NCBI GenBank assembly: GCA_965217845.1
Contig: OZ244573.1
Coordinates: 1,912,610-1,976,609, forward strand
Origin: Chloroflexota bacterium
GTDB taxonomy: Bacteria; Chloroflexota; UBA11872; VXNJ01
Direction: 5' to 3'
Length of the DNA stretch: 64,000 nt
Below, one piece after another: positions 24,382 to 35,113 of the stretch. The stretch's first letter is position 1, and each line of letters begins with the position of its first letter. A program made the position numbers and the translations under genes. The notes under the pieces were generated by a model. That model was not told the DNA's origin. It saw only the letters and a list, made by a program, of their open reading frames with translations, and ran no database searches.

Positions 24382-27300
24382 CTAGAGCTTGTACTCGCGG
24401 CCTTCGATGTTGATGCCGCCAAGATTTGGAACGTAGTCGACCATCGCGTCAAGCGAAAACTCGACCGGTTTTTCTTCTTCGTCGAACAAATCGACTGATA
24501 GGCCCAGACTCTTGAGTTCATTGACCAGCACCCGGAACGACTCCGGAACGCCGGGCTCCAAGACGGTCTCACCCTTGACGATTGCTTCATAGGTTTTCAC
24601 CCGACCCAGGACGTCGTCGGACTTGACCGTCAACATTTCCTGAAGGATGTTGGCGGCGCCGTAGGCCTGCAGCGCCCAGACCTCCATCTCCCCGAATCGC
24701 TGGCCGCCCATCTGGGCTTTGCCGCCCAGGGGTTGCTGCGTGATCAGGGAATAAGGGCCGGTGGATCGGCCGTGAATCTTGTCCTCGACCAAGTGCGCCA
24801 GCTTGAGCATGTACATTCGCCCCACCACAACCGGTTTGTCGAACGCTTCGCCGCTGCGCCCGTCGTAGAGCTTGACTTTGCCGTCGACCGGTAGCCCGGC
24901 CTCGTCAAGCAGGTTTTGCACCTGCTCCTCGCTGGCCCCGTCGAATACCGGGGTAACTACCTGCCGACCCAGTTTCTCGGCCGCCAGGCCGGTGTGGAGT
25001 TCAAGCAGCTGGCCGACATTCATGCGCGACGCCGCCCCGAGCGGATTGAGCACAATGTCCACCGGGGTCCCATCCTCGAGGTACGGCATGTCCCCTTCGG
25101 GCAGGATGAGCGAGATAACGCCCTTGTTGCCGTGGCGGCCGGCCATCTTGTCGCCGACCATGATTTTGCGGCGCGAGGCGATCCGGACGCGCACGGCGTG
25201 ATTGACACCGGCGCGCAGATCGGGGTTGGCTTCGCGAGTGAGTTCCTTGACGTCGATAACCGTTCCGGCGTCGCCGGCGGGCACGTGCTTGGAGGAGTCC
25301 TTGACCTCGCGGGCGTCGCGCCCGAAGATCGCCCGCAACAAGCGGTCCTCACCGGTCAGCTCGGTCTCACCCTTGGGCGTGATCTTGCCGACTATGATGT
25401 CGTCCTGGCCGACCTCGGCGCCGACGTAAACGATCCCGTTCTCATCCAGGAAGCGCAACGCTTCTTCGGACACGTTGGGAATATCGCGTGTGATCTCCTC
25501 GGGTCCGAGCTTGGTGTCGCGCGCTTCGACCTCGAATTTCTCGATGTGGATTGACGTGTAGACGTCTTCGCGCACCAGACGCTCGGAGATGATGATCGCG
25601 TCCTCGTAGTTGTAGCCTTCCCAGAACATGAAGGCGCACAGCAGGTTCTTGCCCAGAGCCAGCTGGTCACCATCAGAGCTGGAGGCGGATGCCAGCAGCC
25701 CGCCCGGTTCTACGACCTGGCCTGGCACTACCGCGGGAGTCTGGTTGATGCAGGTCCCCTGGTTGGAGCGGCCGAATTTGCGTAACGGATAGCGATGCCA
25801 GCGCCGCGTGGTCACTTCTTGGAGTTCGACGCGGTCGGGGAACACGTTTATCACTTCGGCATCGCGGGGGCCGTCGTAGGTGATGACGTGACCCGAATCC
25901 AGGGCGGCGCGGCGCTCCACGCCGGTCGCCACCAGCGGTGCTTCCGGACGCAGTAGCGGAACTGCCTGGCGCTGCATGTTCGAACCCATAAGGGCCCGGT
26001 TGGCGTCGTCATGTTCCAGGAACGGGATCAGCGATGTCGGGATCGAGACGATCTGCTGTGGCGAGACGTCTATCAGGTTCACGTCATTGCGGTGGGCGGT
26101 GTGAAACTCACGGCCGGTGCGGACGTCGATTCGCTCGGATGCGATCTCACCCAGGGCATTTAAGGGCGTCTTGTAAGGCGCGACCGCCAAGCCGTCTTCC
26201 TCGTCAGCGGTGCAGTACTTAATCTGCCCGGTCGCGAACGGCACCACCGGGAAGTTGATCTCACGCCAATAGGGCCGGTTGCGCAGGCGGCGCAGGAGGT
26301 CGGCATCTAGTTGTTCGCCGGAGGAGAGCTCTTTCCTGTCGCGGACGATCAAGTCTTCGCGCATGGATCGGCCAAGCAGGTCGAAGCCGTCTTCGAACGC
26401 GATGTCGCGGGCGATTGCCTCGTACGGCGTTTGCAGGAATCCGTATTCGTTGATTCCCGCGAATGAGGCCAGCGAGGAAATCAGCCCGACGTTGGGTCCT
26501 TCCGGGGTCTCGATCGGACAGATCCGCCCGTAATGCGAATGGTGCACATCGCGGACATCGACACCGGCGCGTTCGCGCGAGAGACCACCCGGCCCCATCG
26601 CGCTGAGCCGCCGCTTGTGGGCCAGCTCGGAAAGTGGATTGGTCTGGTCCATGAATTGCGCTAGCTGGCTGCCACCAAAAAACTCCTTGATAGCGGCCAT
26701 GATCGGGCGCGCGTTAATCAGCGCATTGGGAGTGGCCTGCGAGGCGTCCTGGATCGACATGCGCTCTTTGACCACGCGTTCCATCCGCAGCAGTCCGGTG
26801 CGAAGCTGGTTGATCAGCAACTCGCCGACCGCGCGCACGCGCCGGTTGCCCAGGTGGTCCACGTCCTCGGGCCGGTTCTGGGCCAGGTTCAAGCGGATGA
26901 GTTCGCGCACGACCTCGATGATGTCGGCCTGCAGCATAACGGTGTCGGTGAAAGGATCGCGGTGGCGCAGGCGCAGGTTCAGCTTGTAGCGCCCTACCCG
27001 CCCCAGGTCGTAGCGGCGCGAGTTGAAGAATGTGGATTCGATCAACGAGCGCGCGTTGCTCACCGATTTGCGGTCGGCAATGTTGAGGGCATCCCCGGGC
27101 CGCAGGCGGTTGTAGATTTCGCGCACCGCCTCCTCGTGCGAACTGGCATTGTCATCGGCCAGGGTCGCCTCGAGATATTGATGGTCGGCATCCTCGGGAA
27201 TTGCACCCTCAAACAGCTGCCGCATAGCCTCGTCGGTCGAGAGGTTTTTGTCCATCGCCTTTATCAGCGTTGTGACTGCGATCTTGCGTTTACGATCGAC

Positions 27301-27855
27301 CTTTACCGAGAAGACGTCCTTGGCCGAGGTATCAAATTCCAACCAGGCGCCACGGTTGGGCAGGAGCTTGGCCGAGTAGAGGTAGCGCCCCGAGGTTCGA
27401 TCGCGCACGCCGGTGAAATACACTCCCGGCGAACGGACCAGCTGGCAGACCACTACCCGCTCGGCCCCGTTGTAAATGAAGGTGCCCTGATCGGTCATGA
27501 GCGGGAAATCGCCCATGAACACGCGGTTTTCCTTGATCTCGCCGTTCTGCAGATTCTCCAGGCGCGAGTTCACGTAAAGCGGCGCATGGTAAGTTCGGTC
27601 ATTTTCGCGGCATTCGGTGACCGGATGCTTGGGTTTTTCGAACGGCTGTTCTGGCACTTCGAAGTGCAGGCGGAAGTTCTTGCCCGTGAAGTCTTCAATG
27701 GGCGAAATTTCGGCAAATACGTCGCGCAGGCCTTCGGTCACGAACCAGTGGAACGAGCGCCGCTGAATGGCGATTAGCTCCGGGAGCGTCACCGCGTCGC
27801 GGTGGTGGGGAACGGTGCCGAAATGGTGGCCGTTGGGGCTACTCAAAAAACGCAC
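24382..27855 (-). CDS. rpoB: DNA-directed RNA polymerase subunit beta
   Basis: 1157 aa. Conserved beta blocks (e.g. [29 protein letters not shown]). Confidence 0.97.
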   Translation of the reverse strand: MRFLSSPNGHHFGTVPHHRDAVTLPELIAIQRRSFHWFVTEGLRDVFAEISPIEDFTGKNFRLHFEVPEQPFEKPKHPVTECRENDRTYHAPLYVNSRLENLQNGEIKENRVFMGDFPLMTDQGTFIYNGAERVVVCQLVRSPGVYFTGVRDRTSGRYLYSAKLLPNRGAWLEFDTSAKDVFSVKVDRKRKIAVTTLIKAMDKNLSTDEAMRQLFEGAIPEDADHQYLEATLADDNASSHEEAVREIYNRLRPGDALNIADRKSVSNARSLIESTFFNSRRYDLGRVGRYKLNLRLRHRDPFTDTVMLQADIIEVVRELIRLNLAQNRPEDVDHLGNRRVRAVGELLINQLRTGLLRMERVVKERMSIQDASQATPNALINARPIMAAIKEFFGGSQLAQFMDQTNPLSELAHKRRLSAMGPGGLSRERAGVDVRDVHHSHYGRICPIETPEGPNVGLISSLASFAGINEYGFLQTPYEAIARDIAFEDGFDLLGRSMREDLIVRDRKELSSGEQLDADLLRRLRNRPYWREINFPVVPFATGQIKYCTADEEDGLAVAPYKTPLNALGEIASERIDVRTGREFHTAHRNDVNLIDVSPQQIVSIPTSLIPFLEHDDANRALMGSNMQRQAVPLLRPEAPLVATGVERRAALDSGHVITYDGPRDAEVINVFPDRVELQEVTTRRWHRYPLRKFGRSNQGTCINQTPAVVPGQVVEPGGLLASASSSDGDQLALGKNLLCAFMFWEGYNYEDAIIISERLVREDVYTSIHIEKFEVEARDTKLGPEEITRDIPNVSEEALRFLDENGIVYVGAEVGQDDIIVGKITPKGETELTGEDRLLRAIFGRDAREVKDSSKHVPAGDAGTVIDVKELTREANPDLRAGVNHAVRVRIASRRKIMVGDKMAGRHGNKGVISLILPEGDMPYLEDGTPVDIVLNPLGAASRMNVGQLLELHTGLAAEKLGRQVVTPVFDGASEEQVQNLLDEAGLPVDGKVKLYDGRSGEAFDKPVVVGRMYMLKLAHLVEDKIHGRSTGPYSLITQQPLGGKAQMGGQRFGEMEVWALQAYGAANILQEMLTVKSDDVLGRVKTYEAIVKGETVLEPGVPESFRVLVNELKSLGLSVDLFDEEEKPVEFSLDAMVDYVPNLGGINIEGREYKL

Positions 27856-28107
27856 TCCAGGCTGGGGAAGAAGCGGTCAGTCGCGGATGGAAGGCGCACC
27901 CATCGCAGGGGTGCGGGATGGGCGATCAAGTCTCTTGTCTGGTGCGACAAGCTACGGGCAGCGGATCACTGGGGTCAGGATCAGCCGCCGCGCGTTAATC
28001 GTCAAGGGCGCTAAGCGCGTCCTCCGTCGTTCATTGAGGCGATTTTAGCAGCCTCGGATAGCTGACGCCGGCCGAAAACCAATCCCCTCAGGCGCCGTCG
28101 CCGCCAA

Positions 28108-28455
28108 TCAGCCCGGGGGCCAGCCCAGCTGCCTTCCGGCCAGCAGGTGCACGTGCAGGTGGGGAACGGTCTGGGCGCCGTCGCGCCCCTGGTTGATCAC
28201 CAGCCGGTAGCCATCGTCCTCGATCCCCGCGCGACGCGCGTAGCGGGTGAGGGCGCCCACCAGTTCGCCCACGATCCGGCCGTTTCCGGTCGCGGTGTCG
28301 GCCACACCCGGGATGTGTTCGGTCGGGATCGCCAACAGGTGCTGCGGGGCCGCCGGGGCGATGTCGGCAAACACCATCCAGCCTCCGGCGCGGTCCTTTA
28401 CATCTGCAGGCAGCTCCCTGGCAGCAATCTTGCAGAAAACGCAGTCGACGGCCAT
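28108..28455 (-). CDS. HIT-family (histidine triad) nucleotide hydrolase
   Basis: 115 aa. C-terminal HLHVHLL histidine-triad motif and CVFCKI N-terminus. Confidence 0.85.
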   Translation of the reverse strand: MAVDCVFCKIAARELPADVKDRAGGWMVFADIAPAAPQHLLAIPTEHIPGVADTATGNGRIVGELVGALTRYARRAGIEDDGYRLVINQGRDGAQTVPHLHVHLLAGRQLGWPPG

Positions 28456-28493
28456 TGCGGGTTCCTGTTCCTAATGAAGACTCAACCGGAGCT

Positions 28494-29771
28494 TCAGTTT
28501 GCTCCCGCCAGCGGGAGCGCCGCCAATCCGTCGTCGCCGGCCGCCAGCTGCACTTCCTGGACCGTTCCGGCGACCGGTGCAAACCCTGTCGGCCTAGCCC
28601 GCAGGTAGTGCCGTGTCAGCCCGCTGTAGGACCCGGCCGGATCGGTCTCCCACAAGACCTGTGCGTGCGATCCCACAAATCCTGCCGTGTAGCGCTCCGC
28701 AAGCTCGCCCGCCAGGTCCAAGAAATCCCGCATTCGGCGGCGCAGCGTCGGCTCGGCGACGTGGTCGGTACGCCGCGCCGCCAGGGTCCGTTCGCGGCGC
28801 GAGTAGGGGAAGACATGCATGTACGCAAATTCCATCTGCTCGCAGAATTCGAGCGATTCGCGGTGATTGTCGGCGGTTTCGCCCGGGAAGCCAACCATGA
28901 GATCGGTTCCGATTGCCACGCTCGGATCGGCGGCGCGCAATTGGGCAACGATGCGCGCATATTCCTGAGGGCGGTAGGGGCGTCGCATGGCTTCCAGGAC
29001 GGGGGCTGATCCGGACTGTAGTGGCAGATGAAAGTGCGGACAGACACGCCCGTCGGCCAGCAATTGGCAGAGCCGGTGATCAAAGTCCATTGGTTCGATC
29101 GAGGAGAGCCGGATGCGCGCCGGAACCAGGGCCGCCACGCGACTTACCAGCTCGCCTAACCCCACGTCGGTTTCCGGGCAGCGGTAGCTTCCCAGGGCAA
29201 TCCCAGCCAGCACCACCTCACCGGCCCCGCCGTGCGCGAGGTCCGCGACCCTGCCCAACACGCTGCCGAGGGGGCGCGAGCGGGGACCGCCGCGGGCGCG
29301 CGGCACTATGCAGAACGCGCACCCGTGCCGGCAGCCCTCCTGGACTTTGACCGTGGGGCGGGTGCGGCCGTGTTCGCCGAACCCGCCGGGATCCCGGGAG
29401 CCATCGTCGGTCGGGGATGAGTAGGCGGCGGCGATTGTGTCGGCGACCTCGCGCGGTGGCACCCGACCCAGGACGTGGGCGCCTGGAAAGTGCTCGCGAA
29501 CGATTGCCGGTGCCACCGCCGCATAGCAACCAGTGACCACCAGTTCGGCTTCCGGATTTCGACGCAGCGCGCGGGCGATCGCCTGGCGCGATTTGCGATC
29601 GGCAACGTGGGTGACGGTGCAGGTGTTGATGATCACAACATCAGCCGGGGCGCCAAATTCAACCAGGTCCATTCCCGCGTCCATCAGTCGGTGCAGGATT
29701 TCGTCGCTGTCGGCCTGATTGACGCGACAGCCGAGGGTCTTGAGCGCAAACGTGGCCGCCGGCCGGCCCAC
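28494..29771 (-). CDS. mtaB: radical-SAM methylthiotransferase, MtaB-like (tRNA ms2t6A)
   Basis: 425 aa. N-terminal MTTase domain TLGCRVNQ, radical SAM CxxxCxxC (CRHGCAFC) and TRAM region. Located downstream of prmA, as yqeV is in the Bacillus dnaK operon. Confidence 0.8.
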   Translation of the reverse strand: MGRPAATFALKTLGCRVNQADSDEILHRLMDAGMDLVEFGAPADVVIINTCTVTHVADRKSRQAIARALRRNPEAELVVTGCYAAVAPAIVREHFPGAHVLGRVPPREVADTIAAAYSSPTDDGSRDPGGFGEHGRTRPTVKVQEGCRHGCAFCIVPRARGGPRSRPLGSVLGRVADLAHGGAGEVVLAGIALGSYRCPETDVGLGELVSRVAALVPARIRLSSIEPMDFDHRLCQLLADGRVCPHFHLPLQSGSAPVLEAMRRPYRPQEYARIVAQLRAADPSVAIGTDLMVGFPGETADNHRESLEFCEQMEFAYMHVFPYSRRERTLAARRTDHVAEPTLRRRMRDFLDLAGELAERYTAGFVGSHAQVLWETDPAGSYSGLTRHYLRARPTGFAPVAGTVQEVQLAAGDDGLAALPLAGAN

Positions 29772-30704
29772 CTAGCCGCTCAGCTCCCTGCCCGCCGCGG
29801 CGGGGCGCTCGCACAGCAGGGTCGCCCACTCGTCCTCGAACGCAGTGAGCGCCAGCGCAAAGCCACTGGCTTTGATGGCATCGGTTAATTCCGGCAGCCG
29901 TGGCCGGTAGACCCCCGACAGCAGCAGCGGTCCGGCGGCAGCGCGCGCGTAGGCCGGCAGGAGCCGGCGGTGCGTGTCGGCGGTGATGTTGGCAACCACC
30001 AGGTCAAATCTCGGACGCCCGTCAAGCAAATTCAGGCACGGTCCGGTTCGCTGCGCCTGCACCACCGATTCGCAGCGATTGCGCACAATGTTGGCCTGCG
30101 CCAACGTGACCGCTTCGCCGTCGTTATCGATCGCGACCACCGCTGCGGCGCCCAGACGCGCCGACGCGATCGCCAGCACGCCCGTGCCGGTGCCCACATC
30201 GAGCACGCTCTTGTCGGCCAAATCCAGCGCCTGCAGCAGCAGCAGGGCTCCCCGGGTCGACGCGTGCAGCCCTGAGCCAAAGGCGCCCGCCGCGTCGATG
30301 GTCAGGACCCGATCGGCGCTTGTCCCGACCGGCACGGTACCGCCGGCGGGCACGATGACCAGGCGGCCAATGTTTACCGGACGTTGGTAGAACGCCTCGC
30401 AGGCAAGCCACTGGGCCCGGTCGGTGTAACTCTGCCGGACCGAACGCAATGAAGGGGCGTCCAGTCCGCCGGCCATCCACAGGTCGCAGAGCAACGCCGC
30501 AGCCGCCGCCTCGGCTTTTTCGCTCGCCGGAAACCAGGCCGTAACCCGGCAAGATCCGGTCGGGATGCTCTCATCCGGGGGACAGGCGGCGAATCCGTCT
30601 TCAACCGCCACGGCCCGTCCGGCACGGCGCTGCATCAGCAGCCGCACGTCCTCGGCCAGGGCTGACGGTACGGTCACCTGGATTTGGCGCCAGGGTTGAT
30701 TCAC
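29772..30704 (-). CDS. prmA: ribosomal protein L11 methyltransferase
   Basis: 310 aa. SAM-binding VLDVGTGTGVLAIA motif. Positioned after dnaJ, as prmA is in Firmicutes. Confidence 0.85.
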   Translation of the reverse strand: MNQPWRQIQVTVPSALAEDVRLLMQRRAGRAVAVEDGFAACPPDESIPTGSCRVTAWFPASEKAEAAAAALLCDLWMAGGLDAPSLRSVRQSYTDRAQWLACEAFYQRPVNIGRLVIVPAGGTVPVGTSADRVLTIDAAGAFGSGLHASTRGALLLLQALDLADKSVLDVGTGTGVLAIASARLGAAAVVAIDNDGEAVTLAQANIVRNRCESVVQAQRTGPCLNLLDGRPRFDLVVANITADTHRRLLPAYARAAAGPLLLSGVYRPRLPELTDAIKASGFALALTAFEDEWATLLCERPAAAGRELSG

Positions 30705-31798
30705 GAGAGGACCTGGCGCAGCCTCTCGGCCAGGCCCCGCGGGCGATCTTCCTCATTGGCCAATTGCTCAAACAGGGCGCGCTGCTGCTTGGTCAGCTTG
30801 CGAGGAATGCTCACCCGCGCCACCACGAAGTGATCGCCGCGCCGCTGATCGCGCGGGCTGGGGGCGCCGCGCCCAGTCAGGCGCACGGCGTCGCCGGGCT
30901 GGGTCCCAGCCGGAAATTCAACCGACTGCGGGCCGTCCACGGTCTCCACCTCCAGCTCCACCCCCAGAACTGCTTCGGCAACACTTATTTCGATCTCGGA
31001 CCGCAAATCGCGACCGTGCCGGGAGATGCTGGGATGCGGGGTTACCGCCACGACCAGATAAAGGTCACCGGGCGGCCCGCCGTTGATGCCGCTGTCGCCC
31101 TGGCCGGAGATCCGGATCTCGGTGCCGTTGTCGACCCCGCCGGGAATGTCGACATCCAGGCGCCGCTCACGGCTCACCAAACCGCCCCCGCGGCACCCGT
31201 CGCAGGCGCGCTCGGCGACGCGACCGTCGCCGCCGCAGTGGCGGCAGGCCGCGATGTTTACAAATTGCCCCAGGATCGAACGGGTAGCGGTGCGCACTTC
31301 TCCGCTGCCACCGCAGTTGTCGCAGTCCACCATCTGGCTGCCCGGGTCAAGCCCGCTGCCGGCGCAATCGTCGCACAGCTCCTGGCGCTCCACATCGATC
31401 CCGATCTTCTGGCCGTGAATCGCATTGACGAAATCGAGGCCGATCCGCTGCTGCAGGTCGCGGCCTCGCTGGGCGGCGTCGGCGCGGCGGCCGCCGCGGC
31501 CGAAAAAGACATCGAAGATGTCGCCGAATCCAGGTATGTCGGCGCCGCCGAAACCGGCTCCGGGGCCGGACTGCAGCCCCCGCCAGCCGAATTGGTCGTA
31601 GCGCTGACGCTTCTCGGGGTCCTTGAGGAGGTCGTAGGCCGATTGGATTTCCTTGAACCGCACGGCAGCGTCCGGTTCGCGGTTCACGTCCGGGTGGTGC
31701 TGCCGCGCCAACGCCCGGTAGGCGCGCGAGATGTCCTTGGCGCCGGCGTCGCGCGTTAATCCGAGAACCTCGTATGGGTCGCGGCGGGCGGCGGCCAT
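30701..31798 (-). CDS. dnaJ: chaperone DnaJ (type I, with CxxCxGxG zinc finger)
   Basis: 365 aa. J-domain with HPD, G/F region and four CxxCxG repeats (CDDCAGSG, CDNCGGSG, CRHCGGDG, CDGCRGGG). Confidence 0.9.
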   Translation of the reverse strand: MAAARRDPYEVLGLTRDAGAKDISRAYRALARQHHPDVNREPDAAVRFKEIQSAYDLLKDPEKRQRYDQFGWRGLQSGPGAGFGGADIPGFGDIFDVFFGRGGRRADAAQRGRDLQQRIGLDFVNAIHGQKIGIDVERQELCDDCAGSGLDPGSQMVDCDNCGGSGEVRTATRSILGQFVNIAACRHCGGDGRVAERACDGCRGGGLVSRERRLDVDIPGGVDNGTEIRISGQGDSGINGGPPGDLYLVVAVTPHPSISRHGRDLRSEIEISVAEAVLGVELEVETVDGPQSVEFPAGTQPGDAVRLTGRGAPSPRDQRRGDHFVVARVSIPRKLTKQQRALFEQLANEEDRPRGLAERLRQVLS

Positions 31799-32391
31799 CA
31801 GCCTTCGGCCTCGGCGGATTCGGCGGCAGCGGAATCGCCGGCATCGGCAGCATCGGTGGCAACGCCGGATTCGGTTTCCGCTCCACCCGGAGTCGATCCG
31901 CCGACCCTAACCAGCGCCGGCCGTACCACCCGGTCGCCCACCCGGAAGCCGGCCTGGTAGACGGCGACCACGCGGTCGGGGTCGCTGCTGCCATCGGTAT
32001 CTACGGCCTGGTGGAACTTGGGGTCGAACGGCTCGCCGGATCCGGCAATCGGCTCGATCGAATTTGCCGCCAGAAGTGCCTGGAAGTGCTGTCGGGTGAA
32101 GAAAAGGCCTTCAATGAACGAGAACCCGGCCAGCTCCTCCGGAACCGCCCCCAGGGCCCGGTCGAGGTGGTCCAGCGCCGAGAGCAGTTCGCGCGCAAAG
32201 CCGATCACCACAAATTGCCGCGCGTCCGCCAATTCCTGTGCCGAGCGGCGTTTGAGATTGGCAAGATCGGCCTGGGCCCGGGTGAGACGGTTGAGCAAAT
32301 CTTCGATGCGCTCGGGCTGATTGCTTGCGGCCGTGGGCTCGACCGCGTTTTTTTTATCCGGCGATTCGCCGTTAGTCGTTTCGGTCGCCAA
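31798..32391 (-). CDS. grpE: nucleotide exchange factor GrpE (copy 1)
   Basis: 197 aa. GrpE family pattern. The start codon appears to be TTG, so the exact start is uncertain. Confidence 0.85.
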   Translation of the reverse strand: MATETTNGESPDKKNAVEPTAASNQPERIEDLLNRLTRAQADLANLKRRSAQELADARQFVVIGFARELLSALDHLDRALGAVPEELAGFSFIEGLFFTRQHFQALLAANSIEPIAGSGEPFDPKFHQAVDTDGSSDPDRVVAVYQAGFRVGDRVVRPALVRVGGSTPGGAETESGVATDAADAGDSAAAESAEAEG

Positions 32392-32451
32392 TTGACTTCA
32401 AGCTCCTAGGGCTGTCGCTGTTTGTCCGCCTGACCGGATCCTCCCCACAGC

Positions 32452-32474
32452 GGAAAATCGCGGCGGGCGATTCC
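32452..32474 (-). terminator. weak intrinsic terminator-like hairpin between the NHL lipoprotein gene and grpE
   Basis: On the minus-sense strand: GAATCGC-ccgcc-GCGATT followed by TTTT. A second IR CGCCG-N13-CGGCG lies just upstream. Confidence 0.35.
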
Positions 32475-32518
32475 GCCGAATATACGAAGTGCGGCGTCCT
32501 CGCCGCGCGGCCGGCGCT

Positions 32519-34711
32519 TCATCCAAGCATCCAGGCGGCGCCGGAGGCACCCAAAACCAGCAAGCGTCCGGCGGCCAGCGCCAACGAACGCGGGGCGACC
32601 ACAACCGGATCAAGCAGGGCGTCCACATCCCCCGAAGAATCGATCAGGGTCAGCGCTCCGTCGGCATCGATCCGGTCCAGCCGGCCAGCAGCTTCGCCGG
32701 CCACGTATACGGTTCCGTCATTGGCTGCCACCAAGGCGGCCGGGTCTTGCAGGTCAGCCGCGTGTACCTGGATGACGGACTCTTCCGCCGGAATCGCCAG
32801 GATCCGCCCGCTACCGTTCTCGGAGATAAGCAGCGAGCCGTCGGCGGCCAATGCCAGGCCGGTCGGATCGGCCAGCGAACTCTGCAACGCCGGCAACCCC
32901 GCCTGCGCCGGCGCCGCCTGGCCGTTGCCGGCGATCAGTTCAAGCGACCCGTCCGGCGTAAGCCGCAGCACTCGATCAGCACCCGAATCGGCCAACAGGA
33001 TGCTGCCGTCGGCGGACATGACCATCGCCGCAACATCAAGTAGGTCTACTTCCAGCGCCGGGCCGCCGATGCCCGGATCGCCAGGCCGGCCGCTGCCGGC
33101 TACCGTTTCAATCACCCCGCAGCCATCGATCCGGCGCACCCGGAAGTTCCCGGCATCGAAAAAATAGATGTTACCGACGCCGTCTGCCAGGATGGTTTTG
33201 GGTGAAGAGAGCAGCGCAAAACGGGCCAAGCCGCCGTCGCCCCGGAACGCGGCCAGATCCGAACCGGCGACGGTTTCGACCTTCCCGTCGGCAAGCCTGC
33301 GCACCCGGTTGTTACCGGTATCGGCCACCAATAGGCCGTCGCGCCCAACGGCGATCGAATCCGGACCCGCAAATTGGGCCGCGCCAACCGGCCCACCGTC
33401 GCCGCCGTAGCCGAATCCGCGCTGGCCGAACAATTGCGTGGCTGCGATTTCGAAAACGGGCAAACCAGCTGGTAGCGGCAGCGGCTGCGGCGCCAGGCGA
33501 CAGTCCTGGCCCGCAATCGGTTCACCGAATCCAACCAGTCGGTAAATCCGCCCCGAAAGCTGGGTCAAAAGATAGATGGAGCCGTCCGGGCCCAGTTGAA
33601 TATCAACCGGGCGCGGCAGCTCGGCTTCACGTGCCGGCACCCCAGGTTGCGCCGATCCGGCGGTGCCCAGGCCGGCGTAGGTATTGATCTTGCCGTCTGA
33701 AGAAATGACCCGGATCGCGGAGTTGTTCCAGTCCGCCACGTAGACGTTCCCTTGCGCGTCGATGTCGATCGCGCCGGGCCCGTGAAGTTGCGCTGACTGC
33801 GCCGGGCCGCCGTCGCCGCTGCGCCCAGGGAGTCCGATCCCGGCCACGGTGGACACGATACCCTCGGGGTCGATGCGCCGCACAACGTGTCCATCGCGCT
33901 CGCTTACGAATAGGGCGCCGTCGGATGAGACCGCCAGATCTGTGGGACCATCGAACTGCGCCTGCCGAGCCGAGCCGCCATCGCCGCCGGTCGACGCTGC
34001 GCCGGTGCCGGCGAACGTGGTGACGGCGCCGCTGGGTTCGACGCGGCGAATCAGGTTGTTGCCGCGGTCGGCCACGTACAGGACGCCGCCCCCATCGAGG
34101 GCGAGCCCGGAGATGGCATTGAAGCGGGCTGTGCCTTCAGCGTTGGGGTCGTCTGCTCGCCCAGGTTCGGCAGCACCGGCCAGCAGTGAGATGGTTCCGC
34201 CGGGGGCAATGTGCCTTATTTGCGAGCCGGACGCAAAGTACACGCCGTAGCGCGCATGGGCCACGATCGGACCCGGGTCGCGCAAGCCGGCCAGCAGTGC
34301 GGGACCGCCATCGCCGGAATTGGACCGGGTGCCGTTGCCGGCAAACCGCTCGATCTGGCCATCTTCGGAAATCCGAATGACCTGATTGGCGGACTGGTCG
34401 GTGACGAAAACACTTCCCGTCCCGTCGACCGCCAAGCCCGCCATGGCCGGTGGAATGCCGTCTCCGGATGCATCGCGGAAGGCCGGCCCAAATTCGGCAA
34501 CCTGCTCGAAGATCGGATTTATCGGGGCCGGCGCATAGCCCGTCCGCGGCGCCGGTGGGCCGGAGGAGTTCCACACGATCGTCGATTGGCCGGCGGTATC
34601 GACCACGCTCGGGGTCGATACCACATCGGGCTGCTGGTCGCACCCGCTGAGCAGAGCAGCCGCAATCAGCACTAATACGGCTTTGAGGGCCGCCCGCACC
34701 GGCGGGCTCAA
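32519..34711 (-). CDS. NHL-repeat beta-propeller lipoprotein
   Basis: 730 aa. Lipoprotein signal (LLSGCDQ). Many repeats of the form GxxxxxxxxPxGxAxDxxGNxYVADxxNxxI(R) characteristic of NHL repeats. Confidence 0.8.
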   Translation of the reverse strand: MSPPVRAALKAVLVLIAAALLSGCDQQPDVVSTPSVVDTAGQSTIVWNSSGPPAPRTGYAPAPINPIFEQVAEFGPAFRDASGDGIPPAMAGLAVDGTGSVFVTDQSANQVIRISEDGQIERFAGNGTRSNSGDGGPALLAGLRDPGPIVAHARYGVYFASGSQIRHIAPGGTISLLAGAAEPGRADDPNAEGTARFNAISGLALDGGGVLYVADRGNNLIRRVEPSGAVTTFAGTGAASTGGDGGSARQAQFDGPTDLAVSSDGALFVSERDGHVVRRIDPEGIVSTVAGIGLPGRSGDGGPAQSAQLHGPGAIDIDAQGNVYVADWNNSAIRVISSDGKINTYAGLGTAGSAQPGVPAREAELPRPVDIQLGPDGSIYLLTQLSGRIYRLVGFGEPIAGQDCRLAPQPLPLPAGLPVFEIAATQLFGQRGFGYGGDGGPVGAAQFAGPDSIAVGRDGLLVADTGNNRVRRLADGKVETVAGSDLAAFRGDGGLARFALLSSPKTILADGVGNIYFFDAGNFRVRRIDGCGVIETVAGSGRPGDPGIGGPALEVDLLDVAAMVMSADGSILLADSGADRVLRLTPDGSLELIAGNGQAAPAQAGLPALQSSLADPTGLALAADGSLLISENGSGRILAIPAEESVIQVHAADLQDPAALVAANDGTVYVAGEAAGRLDRIDADGALTLIDSSGDVDALLDPVVVAPRSLALAAGRLLVLGASGAAWMLG

Positions 34712-34974
34712 TATCCTTCTGAATCGTCGTCGGTCAGGCTTGCCACTTCTTCGTTGGAAAGCAGGTGCCCGCCCTGCACCTTCGAATCCACCAACCGACG
34801 GCGCGAATCAAACTGCAGCCACACTTCCGCCGGGCGAAACGTCTTTTCGCCCATCACCTGCTTGTTGCAGGTGTAGTGGGTAGGGCTGTCGTGGCTCGAC
34901 CCGGGCGCGAACTCCTGCGACAAATCGTTGTTTATGTCGACCCGCAGGGGCACGATTTCCTCGGTGCGATCCAT
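34708..34974 (-). CDS. small hypothetical protein with acidic C-terminus, start/stop-overlapping the NHL lipoprotein gene
   Basis: Internal Met of track ORF 34708..35094. The stop overlaps the NHL gene start (ATGA). No recognizable domain. Lower local GC. Confidence 0.45.
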   Translation of the reverse strand: MDRTEEIVPLRVDINNDLSQEFAPGSSHDSPTHYTCNKQVMGEKTFRPAEVWLQFDSRRRLVDSKVQGGHLLSNEEVASLTDDDSEGY

Positions 34975-35113
34975 CCTTATATATATGTAGAGAGCATCGT
35001 CGCTGGCTTGATTTGCGAAGAATCCCAAACAGGTCCCATCCTTGTCGGCGCCGCCCCGACGGCCGGCGTGCAAACGGCTGTTGCCGCCTAACATTAATTC
35101 TGCCTAAATTGCG

